Positions 26,037 to 39,744 of a stretch of DNA of 64,000 nt are shown in pieces. Origin of the DNA: Macrostomum lignano (taxonomy: Eukaryota). A program made the position numbers and the translations under genes. The first letter of the stretch is position 1. Each line of letters starts with the position of its first letter. The stretch covers positions 133,988 to 197,987 of the forward strand of contig NIVC01000505.1 of assembly GCA_002269645.1 (NCBI GenBank), in the 5' to 3' direction. The notes beneath the pieces were generated by a model. The model had not been told where the DNA came from and searched no databases. It worked only from the letters and a program-made list of their open reading frames with translations.

Positions 26037-26662
26037 TAATCTAAAAAAGTCATCACAGACAAGCGTGTTACGGTACAAGGCCTTCTTGATCTTCACCACA
26101 GGACTTACAGTCTTGACTAAAAAGAGACACTACAAGTACGAGCTATTAACGATATCAAAGCTATTAATAGCTCATTTCTGGTCGAAATTTCAGTTTGGAT
26201 AAGTTTACCACTTCGAAAGGGGTATAAGCTTCATTCCTTCGTTATTACTGTCCTAAAAGAAAAACATGGAAACTACGTCAACGCATCGTAAAAACTGTAA
26301 CACAAAACCACCGCCAGACCAATCAGCCCATGTGGTGGTGGCGGTACTGCATCTGCAAGCGTTGGAATGAGAATCGCTCGCGGACCATGATGGTTAAAAC
26401 CCTCGCTAAAAATCCCCTTCACCAGTTGCTAAATTCCTATCTCCACTCCCACTAAATGAGAAAAGCAGTTTTTTTATCCCGTGGCCATGGTCGTACACTG
26501 CCCGGAAAAACCTTTCTGCCGGGCGTCCGCACGTCACAGAGGCCCACCCTGACCGGCTCTCTGACCCAATGGATTGATGGGATTTCACATGCAGATGGAA
26601 ATTTCTGCATTTAAGCCACAGCAATTCAGTCGCGATTGTTTCTGAAACTGTTTATAATGAGT

Positions 26663-27150
26663 TCCACTGGAGTCTCAAGTTAAACACTGGAGTCTCCTGA
26701 TAGACACTGGAGTCTACTGTTAGACACTAGTCTCATGTTAGACAGTCTCATGTTAGACAGAAGAGTCTCATGTTAGACAGAAGAGTCTCATGCTAGACAG
26801 AAGAGTCTCATGTTAGACAGAAGAGTCTCATGCTAGACAGAAGAGTCTCATGTTAGAAAGAAGAGTCTCATGTTAGACAGAAGAGTCTCATGTTAGACAG
26901 AAGAGTCTCATGTTAGACAGAAGAGTCTCATGTTAGACACTGTAGTCTCATGTTAGACAGAAGAGTCTCATGTTAGACAGAAGAGTTTCATGTTAGACAG
27001 AAGAGTCTCATGTTAGACACTGGAGTCTCATGTTAGACAGGAGAGTCTCATGTTAGACACTGGAGTCTCATGTTAGACACTGGAGTCTCATGTTAGACAG
27101 AAGAGTCTCATGTTAGACACTGTAGTCTCATGTTAGACAGAAGAGTCTCA
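26663..27150. repeat. 20-nt minisatellite related to the 22631-23840 arrays
   Basis: ATGTTAGACAGAAGAGTCTC and ATGTTAGACACTGGAGTCTC units. Confidence 0.92.
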
Positions 27151-27904
27151 TGCAATGTTAGAGATAATGTAAAGTCTGCACTTTTTGAAAACCCCAGTGA
27201 CCAAATATCGTTTACCAGATCTATCGGAATCTGGAGGTTGATTCGGTGCGGCCTCCCAGCAACCAAGCTGAACAAAATGTTAAGCATGGAGTCATATTTT
27301 CTGTTTCCAAGCACGATCTGCTAGGAGATTAAATCACCTATTTTATTATTGCACTAAAATTTGCCATTTAATCTCGATTTACAATTTTTTAGCCATTTCA
27401 AGCATTGCAGCGACTAAAAATGCACTTTTCACATTCCAATGCACCATTTAAAGTCTGATTTTCGGTAACAGCTTCAGGGCAGGACCGCCTTTCTGAAAAG
27501 CCCTCTGCAGCTGCATAACAAATATTTGCGGGTAGTTTATATTACCAGCATGATAATATATCTGACCGAAATTTTCAAAGCACACAAGGACAGAGACAGT
27601 CTGAAAACATGGCTAAATCCAGTATTCACCACAGAGCCTCGTAACTCAGTTGATGTCTTCCGTTTGTATGTTTAGTTTCTCTGTTACATTTTTTCACATT
27701 CTATCTTCATGATCTATGCTTATACATGCTAGGCTCGCAGTCAGTTTTTGCTTTCCTGGTTACTTTTTGGTTATTAATAATTAATAACTGCATACTTCGA
27801 TGCGTCCTTTGGTTGGACTTGTATCGTTTATCGCAACTTTTTATACTACTTTTTCTACTCAAACATAACTGATTCTCTACCATTATTCACTATAATTCTT
27901 CACT

Positions 27905-28520
27905 TCCCACTCTACCTCTCCCGTTCTCCACTCTACTTCTTCCTTTCGCCACTCTACTTCTTCCTTTCGCCACTCTACTTCTTCCTTTCGCCACTCTACT
28001 TCTTCCTTTCGCCACTCTACTTCTTCCTTTCGCCACTCTACTTCTTCCTTTCGCCACTCTACTTCTTCCTTTCGCCACTCTACTTCTTCCTTTCGCCACT
28101 CTACTTCTTCCTTTCGCCACTCTACTTCTTCCTTTCGCCACTCTACTTCTTCCTTTCGCCACTCTACTTCTCCCTTTCGCCACTCTACTTCTTCCTTTCG
28201 CCACTCTACTTCTTCCTTTCGCCACTCTACTTCTTCCTTTCGCCACTCTACTTCTTCCTTTCGCCACTCTACTTCTTCCTTTCGCCACTCTACTTCTTCC
28301 TTTCGCCACTCTACTTCTCCTTTTCGCCACTCTACTTCTCTCTCTCCTTCGTCACTCTACTTCTCCTTTTCTACTTCTACTACTTCTACTTCTCTCTCCT
28401 CACCACTCTACTTTTCCTTTTCGCCACTCTACTTTTATCTCTTTCTACACTCCACCTCTCCTTCTCCAACCTACATCTAGCCTTCACCACTCTACTTCTC
28501 TCCCCTTCTCCACTCTACCT
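27905..28520. repeat. 21-nt minisatellite
   Basis: CCACTCTACTTCTTCCTTTCG. Explains the VAKGRSR ORF. Confidence 0.95.
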
Positions 28521-29295
28521 CTCTCTCGCATTATCCACTTCTCTGTATTTCTCAACTCTAATTCAATATTTTTTCCTACACAGTTATAAAAAGTACAATT
28601 TCAAAATGCTAATGATACGCTAAACGCTATACTTTACTATATTCTATCTTAAGACAACATTAGAGAATAAATCAAATTTACTGGAATAGTTAAGTAGATG
28701 AGACTGACCAACTTTATATTTCATCGGTAGAAACACAAAAATCTCTACCGTTAAAAGATGGCAATCGCACCAAGGCCGTAAACAGTCGAACCCCATGAGA
28801 AATTTATTTAACAACCAAATGTTGCTTAAAAGTGCATTATAGCGAGCTCGAAATGGATCTCTTGCCTTCTGCTATTATGGCGATTATATGAAGTTTTTCA
28901 ATTTTTTTCTCAGCGTACAAACTCTATACCAATACGCGACTGTTACGTCTTTAAACCATGGTAAATATTCATAGCGGTCCTTGGTCAAAAAAATTTGATT
29001 GGACTTGCTTTTGTTGTTGGACTTGCAAGACTTGGTTCTCTGCTTGTGTGTGTGGGGTTTATTACACAATATTTTAAGTCATCCGCCGCAGCTGACCCCC
29101 CGCTGGTGTACAATAAAATATTTTAATGATCAGCAGCTGCCACCCTGTTATAATTGGTGTTTGCTGATAGCAATTAAAATATCTAATAGCTAACATGCGT
29201 GCCCATGGCCCATGCACTGGGTCGCGCTGCTAAACTGGCTGTATGGTAAATTGGCACAGCTGCGGCAGATGAGATGACAGAGAGACACAGAGAAT

Positions 29296-29414
<119 letters not shown>

Positions 29415-29504
29415 GGGAGAGTGAGAACCAGCAAGATTGGGATATACGAGAATAATTATAGTGAACAGTAAGCAGCAGAAATGTAAAATACAGTACGCGT
29501 TAAC

Positions 29505-31436
29505 AGCCAGTGGGATAACAGACAGTGGGATAACAGGGAGTTAACAGACAGGGAGACAACAGACAGTGAGACAACAGACACTGAGTTAACAGACAGGGAG
29601 ACAACAGACAGTGAGACAACAGACACTGAGTTAACAGACAGGGAGACAACAGACAGGGAAATAACAGACAGGGAGATAACAGATAGGGAAATAACAGACA
29701 GGGAGATAACAGACACTGAGTTAACAGACAGGGAGACAACAGACACTGAGATAACAGACAGGGAGACAACAGACAGTGAGACAACAGACAGAGAGACAAC
29801 AGACAGGGAAATAACAGACAGGGAGATAACAGACAGGGAAATAACAGACAGAGAGATAACAGATAGGGAAATAACAGACACTGAGTTAACAGACAGGGAG
29901 ACAACAGACACTGAGATAACAGACAGGGAGACAACAGACAGTGAGACAACAGACAGTGAGACAACAGACAGGGAAATAACAGACAGGGAGATAACAGATA
30001 GGGAAATAACAGACAGGGAGATAACAGATAGGGAAATAACAGACACTGAGTTAAAAGACACGGAGATAACAGACACTGAGTTAACAGACAGGGAGACAAC
30101 AGACACGGAGATAACAGACACTGAGTTAACAGACAGGGAGATAACAGACAGGGAGATAACAGACAGGGAAATAACAGACAGGGAGACAACAGACACTGAG
30201 ATAACAGACAGGGAGACAACAGACAGTGAGACAACAGACAGAGAGACAACAGACAGGGAAATAACAGACAGGGAGACAACAGACACTGAGATAACAGACA
30301 GGGAGACAACAGACAGTGAGACAACAGACAGAGAGACAACAGACAGGGAAATAACAGACAGGGAGATAACAGACAGGGAAATAACAGACAGAGAGATAAC
30401 AGATAGGGAAATAACAGACACTGAGTTAACAGACAGGGAGACAACAGACACTGAGATAACAGACAGGGAGACAACAGACAGTGAGACAACAGACAGTGAG
30501 ACAACAGACAGGGAAATAACAGACAGGGAGATAACAGATAGGGAAATAACAGACAGGGAGATAACAGATAGGGAAATAACAGACACTGAGTTAAAAGACA
30601 CGGAGATAACAGACACTGAGTTAACAGACAGGGAGACAACAGACACGGAGATAACAGACACTGAGTTAACAGACAGGGAGATAACAGACAGGGAGATAAC
30701 AGACAGGGAAATAACAGACAGGGAGACAACAGACACTGAGATAACAGACAGGGAGACAACAGACAGTGAGACAACAGACAGAGAGACAACAGACAGGGAA
30801 ATAACAGACAGGGAGACAACAGACACTGAGATAACAGACAGGGAGACAACAGACAGTGAGACAACAGACAGTGAGACAACAGACAGGGAAATAACAGACA
30901 GGGAGATAACAGACAGGGAAATAACAGACACTGAGTTAAAAGACACGGAGATAACAGACACTGAGTTAAAAGACACGGAGATAACAGACACTGAGTTAAC
31001 AGACAGGGAGACAACAGACACGGAGATAACAGACACTGAGTTAACAGACAGGGAGACAACAGACACGGAGATAACAGACACTGAGTTAACAGACAGGGAG
31101 ACAACAGACACGGAGATAACAGACACTGAGTTAACAGACAGGGAGATAACAGACAGGGAAATAACAGACAGTGAGACAACAGACAGGGAAATAACAGACA
31201 GGGAGACAACAGACACGGAGATAACAGACACTGAGTTAACAGACAGGGAGACAACAGACACGGAGATAACAGACACTGAGTTAACAGACAGGGAGATAAC
31301 AGACAGGGAAATAACAGACAGTGAGACAACAGACAGGGAAATAACAGACAGGGAGATAACAGATAGGGAAATAACAGACACTGAGTTAACAGACAGGGAG
31401 ATAACAGACACTGAGCTAACAGACAGGGAGATGACA
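29505..31436. repeat. 15-nt minisatellite, ~1.9 kb
   Basis: AACAGACA(GGGAGAT/CTGAGTT/GTGAGAC) units. Explains the 609- and 661-aa ORFs. Confidence 0.97.
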
Positions 31437-31568
31437 GGCATTGAAATAACAGAGGGTGATCGAGTTCTGCTTGGACAACAAGTTAAAAGCCGAAAAATCT
31501 TGTCGACAACAAACCTCCGAAACTGAGAATGAAAAGAACCCCCGAAAATAAATGGAATAATAACTCAC

Positions 31569-32073
31569 TTCTCTGCTGAGTACCGGATAAACTACTCAGC
31601 AATCGGTGCACTACAGCGAGATCGTTTCTCTGCACAGCGGAGATCAGATCTCGGATAGGATCGGCACTGGCTGCCAGCTGAGGACACGGCGGTTTCTGTT
31701 GCTGTTGCTGATGCTGATGTCGCAAAGTTGCTGCCGAACCGGCAACATTCGAGGCGGCCATTGCGCTGATACCCGACGAAAGCGACACGCCGCGTCTGAG
31801 ACCCGCAGAGGATGAAGCGTCGCTAGTGGAAACTGGCTGATTGGTTGCTGGATGCTGCTTGGGAGCGTGGGCGAATGTTCTAACTTGACTCGACGGGTCA
31901 GTCGGGTTCCAGTAAGGCGGCGCTGTCGGCGGCGGCGGTTGCGTCGACGGCTGTTTCTGAGGCTGAGCGGCAGCGTCTGACTGCTGCCGTTGCTGCTGGT
32001 GAGGCAGAGTCGGACATCTCAGCTGAGCTCTGTCCGACGATGCAGAGCGTCTCAGACGGTAAAGCAGTGGCAT
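31569..32073 (-). CDS. CASKIN: Caskin-family scaffold, coding exon 1 (low-complexity N-terminal extension plus pre-ankyrin helix)
   Basis: ATG at 32073 with an in-frame upstream TAG. Ends DPIRDLISAVQRNDLAVVHRLLSSLSGTQQR, resembling the Caskin N-terminal helix. Donor A|gtgagt at 31568, phase 1. Confidence 0.8.
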
Positions 32074-33274
32074 ACGCGCAATAATTGTCTATTTCGGTAG
32101 CCTTGTAGTTTTGCGTCCAACTGTGGACAAGAGCAGCGGAGGCCGGCAGATATATTATACACAGCTGGGCGTATCGTTCTTAGCCAATCGCGTCAGTATT
32201 GGAGGCCGGCATGCATTGGAACCAGCGACCGCCTAGGGAGACTTGTACGTGTAGACAGAGAAAGTTGAGACTTGGGGAGGGTGGTCAGGAGGGAGGGAGC
32301 GGTCGGGGGGAACAGAAATGCAATTTTGGGAAACGCCGGTTCCTCAGAGGCATTCGCGGGGGGTATCGCTTCTTCTATCCTTGCCCTGCCCTCAATTATC
32401 TTTCACCTTTTCAAGACAGAAAAAAGGTGTGCCGTGCTGAGGGGGGCATTGAACGGGCGCACACGTATAGAGAGAATGAAGACAAAAACTTTGCCGGCTT
32501 GTAGCACCTGGCTTACCTGCCTTAATCTCGACAATGATTAATAATTGCCAGGCTAAAAGCAAGAAGCTGGCTTCACTGCTGCGAACCGTAATACCGCGTG
32601 AATCACGCCACCACCGCGATTCAAGTTCGGGGTTAGGGTCTGGGCCGATCGAATACACAGGGGTGCAGGTCGGTGCAAGTCATCGGTTAGTATTTGAAGC
32701 TGAATAAGATATGATACAATTAGATGGTGAATCATCAGATCTCGATTCCCAGGGTTTAATCACGCCATCATCGAGGCTTTATCATAACTAGGATAAAGAT
32801 TCTGGTGGATAACGCGCTGCCATCTACTAAACCTGGTGGAAACACAGAAAAAGAAAAAGTACTCTGTATTCTTAGATTCTTGGTAACTAGTAGAATGCAG
32901 TGCATCAAATCGAGTTTTGAGAGATATTGACAACCTTGGAGTCGAGAAATACTCTTCTGAAAGCATGCATACACCCCGATTCCAGTGGGTCAACAAATGG
33001 AAGCGTTACGACTCTCTAGCCATAACTCTCCACTCTCTCCTCCCCAGCCTAAGCCAGGGTCTTGTGGCGCAAATTGCGTGACCCAAAGTTGAGACAAGAA
33101 CCGAAAGCCATGTGTAAATTGCTTAACTTAAGGCTGGGTTCTGACTCTGAGAATTAAAGTTGACCACTGGTTTCGAGTTTGTACAATTTCACTCCGCTAA
33201 CAAAGTCGACAAACCTGAATCGAAGTCGATGAGCTGTACCGGTAGACAGCTTCGTGTGATTACCATAATAACAT

Positions 33275-33478
33275 CGGGCTTCGATTCCCGATCCCACTGG
33301 AACAATTTGTGTCCTTGAGCAAGACAATTAACTCTGCGTTGCTTTAGTTCATTCAGCTGTAAAATGGGTGCCAGCATTAGCTGGGGTAATTGAGGATGTG
33401 TGTGACGACCCCCCCCCCCCCCAGTCCTTGGACTGAATAGCTGCGGCTGAGCTGTCGGTTGCACATCTGCCTATTAGG
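33275..33478 (+). mobile_element. SINE family 1 copy, 5'-truncated with internal deletion
   Basis: Shares the B box, CORE-like body and 3' GCTGAGCTGTCGGTTGCACATCTGCCTATTAGG tail. Confidence 0.78.
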
Positions 33479-35417
33479 TCAGGTGTAATCAAATTTTGTA
33501 ATAAAAGAAACTGAAAATGATAAAATAAAGGTTTGGATCTTCGTATGGTTATATCACCAACTGACCAACTTTGTCGGCCAAAGTGAAACAGCCAGCAGTG
33601 CAGTTCCAAAACTACGAATATAGAGCGCATGTGTACATGTCAGCTGAGAAGCTTTAGATCAGACACGAGGGACAAGCTTAAACCGAAATTAATTATAGAT
33701 GTTTAGAATAGAAAAAATGCATTTCTATAGCACTGTCTGATTGGCAAAAAGCAATCAATCACTTTCCATAGCGGTGACAGCTGCTGCAGGATTTGGATTA
33801 GGCTAATTCTTCATATTTGTACGCGTACATGCCAACTGTATAACACAGTTAGTCGGAATCCACTCTCTCGCCTAAAAGTGTTGGGAAGTTGAATTGCTTT
33901 GAGACAAACACGCGCTTGCCAGCAGTATAGTGTCGCTCAGCTCAAATCGACCCGTGCAATGGAAAGTGAGCTGAACATTCTACAAAAGCCCGCACATTAC
34001 AGTAGCTAGAGACACATACGAGCTAAGCGCATACATAGAGTCTTTTGGATAGAAAGGGCGACAAGGTCGCTTGAAACTGGCTTGTGACTGACTGCAATGT
34101 CCAGCCAGTCAGAGTTCAATATACAGTAAGCATGCGTCATGGTTGAAGCTTTTTTTTAACAAAAAACACACTTTTTTCCTAGCCCAATTTACTCAAGCTC
34201 ATATGATTCATAATTCTCTCCTCAAGTCTCAATCGCCCTCTCGCCCTACCCACCTTCATTCTATGCTTACTCCGTCTCTACATGTAAGCCAGCCACCCCC
34301 TCCAATTTCCCTGTCTCTTCCCACTTTTCCCCCAGCCCCCACCCGGACAACATACAGTTTTCCGCACTGCTACACTGCATTGGCCAACCCCATTAGGCTT
34401 ACCCCATCGCCCCCTTCACACGTGCATTTACTAATTCTTTACCTGCTCTGAGCAGCACAACAAAAGAGAGACTTGTGCTTCTCTGTTAGATTTGCTAGCT
34501 AAAGAGGAAGGAGAAAGAAAGAAGTGTATAGTCATAGTCAGCATTGACTCCGCCCATGCTTATTATAAGCCACACGTAATGAGCATGTACGGCATACGGC
34601 ATAGTTGCCCCTATGCAGTTAGGAAGCATGTTTCAGCCAGCTATGAGAAAACTAAAGTGCCAGGATAATTTTAGCTAGTTCCATCACATCACGTTTGACT
34701 CCGACGACTGATGCTGACAAAAAAATCGTCCAGACTGACACTTCAACTCAACTCCATTCTCACTCTGCTCATGTTTAACCAGCCTCTTCAGCAGCATCAG
34801 CCACTTCTGCACTTTATTAACCCTAGCAAGCCAGTGCAAGTAACGATTCAGCAAAAGTGCTCTATAGTGCTTTAACTCAAGGCCAGACTACTAGGGTGGA
34901 CAATGGAACTGTGTGGTACATGAATAACTACCAATTAGCTACCAATTGTTGCATGACTATTTTTGACAAGCAGAAGACTCTAACAAAAGGAGAAGGCAGT
35001 TCTTTTCTTTTTAAAACAAGAAAACTCTCTTAACAAGCGCTTTCTTAGAAATATGCTTCACTAGTTAGTGAGTAGCTATTCTTGGCAAAGCAGTTTCAGT
35101 AGAAGCACTTTGTTGAGTCTTGAATGAGCAAACTAGTGGCTATGCATTTAGTCTTACCCTTCATTAACTTACGCGTCTCAATCCTCTCTATTGTATTTTA
35201 TTTTTTTAGGCAATTAAAATTAATTTTCATCTATCAACTGCAGATGATGTAACTGTTGCTTGTTTAAATAATTTTCTGTCATTTACCTGTGAACATTGTC
35301 GCCTTGATACAGTTTACATGCATTATATAGAATATCAAGGTCACAACAAACCTACTTTTCTGTAGAAACTACTGGTTTGTGAACTGAATTACTTAATTAA
35401 TTAATTGGCTTATGCAT

Positions 35418-35690
35418 GCCCTAATGGCCAGATGTGCAACCGACAGCTCAGCCGCAGCTATTGCGCGGCGCATCTGAAGGCTGCGTACGGCTGTTCAGTC
35501 CAAGGACTGCGGGGTCGCCACACACATCCTCAATTACCCCAGCTAATGCTGGCACCCATTTTACAGCTGAATGAACAGAAGCAATGCAGAGTTATGTGTC
35601 TTGCTGAAGGACACAAATTGTTCCAGCGGGATCGGGAATCGAACCCCTGAACTTCAGTCATAAGTGCGACGCTCTAACCACTAGGCTACA
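35418..35690 (-). mobile_element. SINE family 1 copy
   Basis: Reverse complement of the 52091 copy, including the tRNA-like head. Confidence 0.8.
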
Positions 35691-36376
35691 TCTCTGCTGA
35701 ATGAGCTTCTTGAGTTAATCGGTGGATTGGTCGAATACACTTCCCGACTAATCCAGCTAATTAAACCATCTGATAACATTTTGACCTTTGTACCTAATTA
35801 TCGATTTTCTCTTGCTCCTAAACTCATTTGACCTGTCATATAATTCCCTGTAATTTTTCACAACCAACTGTTTTGACTCCCTAATAACCAAACTCTTTCT
35901 AACATCGCTAATAAATTATGCCAAATATATATACGGCTCAATTCTCTCTCTCCTCAGTTAACCCCAGTAAGAAAGACTAGCTAACCACGCTCATATACAA
36001 AACAGAACGATACAGTTGAATGCAGCATTGCAATCACCCAGTGATGAGTTAACTAATTATCATTTCTTCCCCCATTCTCAATGTAGCTATAATGATGGCT
36101 GAGAGGCCTGGCTCTATAATTATATGTGTACTTTCAACAGTGCGTATCACTGCGACTTGGCTTGAATAAATTAATAACAGTCTATTTTAGCACACCTAAT
36201 CTTGGTTGGAAAACCGAAAGATGCTCGTTGATTGAGTTGACTGAATATGGAATATTGTCAACGAAGTCAAGGTGATTTTATATCGCTCTTCTTATCAACC
36301 AATACGTAGCATTTATCTAGTTGAAAAGAATGTAATTAAATGGCTAGATAAAGACTGAGAGATAGATTGACAGGCG

Positions 36377-36377
<1 letters not shown>

Positions 36378-36450
<73 letters not shown>

Positions 36451-36459
36451 AAGACAGGC

Positions 36460-36550
<91 letters not shown>

Positions 36551-36551
36551 G
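36378..36551. repeat. (GACA)n microsatellite
   Basis: Direct reading. Confidence 0.97.
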
Positions 36552-38384
36552 ACGATATGTATAGAAAATGGAGATCAGAATCAGATTCAATAGACGCGCT
36601 GTCCTCAAAGCAAGAAGAAGTGGTGCAAACTGAATCACAAAAGGCCCGGCTTTGCACTCTGCTTGCTGGGGATTTTAGGGATTTTAGGGATGGCGGCAAG
36701 TTTCATTTGATGATCGGACTGGCTTGGCAGGAAATCAACACACAGCGACGATATCGCTACCCAAATGCGACACTCTCCACTGCTGAAGTGGATTCTCAGG
36801 CCTGACCCAGAGAGCCCAGCGCTCAAGTGGCAACTGGACGCGAAGAATTTGAGCAGGGAAGAGAGAGGCAGGCGGAGAATGAGAAAAGACAGCCGAGGAT
36901 CCCAAATTCAGGGCATGAGGGGGCGGATTCGTTATGTTCAAGGAGTTAAGGAAGTAAGGTCGCGAGACGGGACCCCTGATTGAAGCCTCCCATAAGTTTT
37001 TTCTCTCTCTCTCTCTTCATTTCTCGTTGACCCTCTCCTCGCTTGGGCGTGGTTGGCAGAGCAGCTTATGTGACCGACGAGTCACCGTTCAACGATCCAA
37101 TATTGCGCTCACTCCACTTCTAATGATGAGGTCGCATGCAGTGGCTTACTATTATTACTATTACTATTATTATTATTAAGACCTGCCCACTCTAAAAAAA
37201 TTCCTGACGCAGTCTGTCCAGCCCGCTTCCCCGGATGTGGGCGAGGCTCTCGCTCTGTAACGGTCAGCCTATAACTAACTGTGATTCGCCATGCTATAAG
37301 AGGAAGACTTCCCTTCTCTCCCGGGACGCGGCTGCACGTTGCGGATCTCGTGATGGGCATTCATTAGCAACCGGGGACTGAGTGACAGACAGAGAGACAG
37401 CTTACTGATTTGAGCGGGGACGAACAAAATGACAGGACCCATGTGGATGTTGAGAAAGCATCTGTATCGCCACCTCTGACAAACTGCTAGAGCAACTGAA
37501 CAGATTCGGTGGGTTGCTACGATAAGTTGAGATGCTCAGGTGTCAGCGGACCGGAATGCCATTTCCCCCGAATCTCTCATTTTTAAACTTTAAAACATTT
37601 TTCACCTATCAAATTAAACTTATGAATATAATCAAGCCGCATCTTGCAGTGTACCGATAAATATGGAAAACAAAATAACACCATCTATTGATTATATATT
37701 CGTCATCGAATCAATGAGATCTGTATAGGATAGAAAAAGCACTACCTGCAGATTAGTCATCCAGCCGTCATCAGATGGGGCATTGCAGACACGCTGTGTG
37801 TGGCTTTAGTGGAAAAATATTGATAGCCAAGCTAAGATAAAGGAGAAGCGAGGGAGGCGACGGAAGGGTAGACAGACAGACGGACAGACAGTAGTATCCT
37901 TGGAATCCCAAATCTGATCAAGATGGAGATTCAGTTTCCTCTACCTGCCCATCTCGAGAGGGGGGTGACCCATCATCTATCCCTCCGCCTCAAAGCGAAT
38001 GCCTTCAAAGTTATTTCTAGATAGATGGATATTTACCTAATACTGTATTACATAAGGCTTCCGGATGCGACTTTAACTGCATCGATATTATAAAAATAAC
38101 ACAGCATTTTACACACTAGCTCGTATATACAATTTTTTTTATTTTTCTATACTAAAATTGTAAGCAGGATATACAACGCTAACTATATTTTTTAAAATGC
38201 TGATAAATGGACAAGATTTAATCACTGCTACTACTACTGATGACTTTTTAGTGTGAAGGGAAAGTCAATACAGAAAAAATATCTTCTTTAATCAATAATG
38301 TTTTTCAGAATAGTGAAAAAGTTAAGAATGAAGGGCTAGTGTGTGGGAAGTAAGGGGGCTGGGAGGTAGATAAATGATGGATAG

Positions 38385-39000
38385 TTAAAGAGAGGGAGGA
38401 AGAGAGGGAGACAAAGAAGGTGAAGGAGAGAGAGAGAGAAAAAGGACGGGAGAGAAAGTAAGAGAGACGGGAAGATAGAGAGCGGAGAAGAGGGAGGGGA
38501 GAAGTGGAAAGGGGAGAGGGAGAAAGAGAGGGGTGAGGGAGAAGTAGAGAGGGAGAGGGAGAAGTGGAGAGGGAGAAGTGGAGAGGGAGAAGTGGAGAGG
38601 GAGAAGTGGAGAGGGAGAAGTGGAGAGGGAGAAGTGGAGAGGGAGAAGTGGAGAGGGAGAAGTGGAGGGGAGTGGGAGAAGGGGAGAGGGGAGAGGGAGA
38701 AGTGGAGAGGGGAGAGGGAGAAGTGGAGAGGGAGAAGTGGAGGGGAATGGGAGAAGGGGAGAGGGGAGAGGGAGAAGTGGAGAGGGGAGAGGGAGTAAGA
38801 GAGGGGAGAGAAAGAGAGGGGAGAGGCAGAAGTGGAGAGGGAGAGAGAGAAGGGGGAGGGAAAGAGAGAGAAGGGGAGAGTGAAATGGGAGAAGTGGAGA
38901 GGGGAGAGGGAGAAGTGGAGAGGGATGAGGGAGAAGTGGAGAGGGATGAGGGAGAAGTGGAGAGGGGAGGAGTGAAGAGGGAGAGGGGGAGAGAGAAGGG
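38385..39000. repeat. GA-rich low-complexity repeat
   Basis: GGGAGAAGTGGAGA units. Confidence 0.93.
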
Positions 39001-39744
39001 TACAGGGGAGACACGCAGAGCCAGATGAGGAATAAGAAATGCCGCACAAGACATGCATTATATATTTCAACAATTGGCATGCTGCCAGAAAAACGCGCAA
39101 GCCGAATCGACTCCTAAGAGCGGAGAGTCGCAATGAGACTTCTCTCAGCCGAAATAGAAGCCAGCTCACTAATTAGAAATCAAAGATCCCGAGGGTGACA
39201 GGGTGGAGGGGGTTGGAGAGTTAGAATCTGAGCAGCCAGGACTCAACACTGCGGAACTGCAGAACAGACTGCTCTGCTAAAAATTTGCATACTAAGAGGC
39301 TCAGCCAGTCAAGACAGATCAGGAGAAAAAAGAAATGGAAACTGTGGGGACGAACAAGCAAGTGGCAGAGAGATAGAAAATTCAACTATAAAAGCTGGAT
39401 TGTGTCGGCTTGTGCAGCAAATGATAATGTCTTGCCAAGATATTAGGGAGATAAGTTTACTTGGCACTATGGCGGTCTCAAAGTCAAGTTGAAATATTTG
39501 GCTAATACACTGACTGTACTATTAAGAGATAGCTAGTGACACTAAAAAAATCCTATGGGGATTAAAGTGTCCTCAGAATTTCTTCCTGCAGAATAATAAA
39601 AGTCAGTTTGGATTTAAACAAAATTAGCCGTTTAGCTAGTGCAATAAAATCGATGTTAAAAATCGTTTTAGAAGATTAAATTTTCAATCTCTCTTCGGAA
39701 AGTATTAAGATCGAAACTTACGTTTATTAGATAGATCGAGAATC

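Noticed and set aside
27215-27268. AG/GT-bounded 52-nt segment reading LVAGRPHRINLQIPIDL as candidate Caskin exon 2
   Set aside because: It has an in-frame TAG in the phase required by exons 1 and 3, whereas 24132-24195 fits phase and sequence without edits.
29456-31441. 609- and 661-aa ORFs, and similar long ORFs at 15107, 27890, 38305, 44857, 45867, 47146, 50085, 53641-55765 and 62059
   Set aside because: These are translations of micro- and minisatellites whose period lacks stops; no domain content.
36557-37360. Short ORFs in GC-richer DNA upstream of Caskin
   Set aside because: No domain similarity or consistent splice phases; may be UTR or promoter sequence but cannot be supported.
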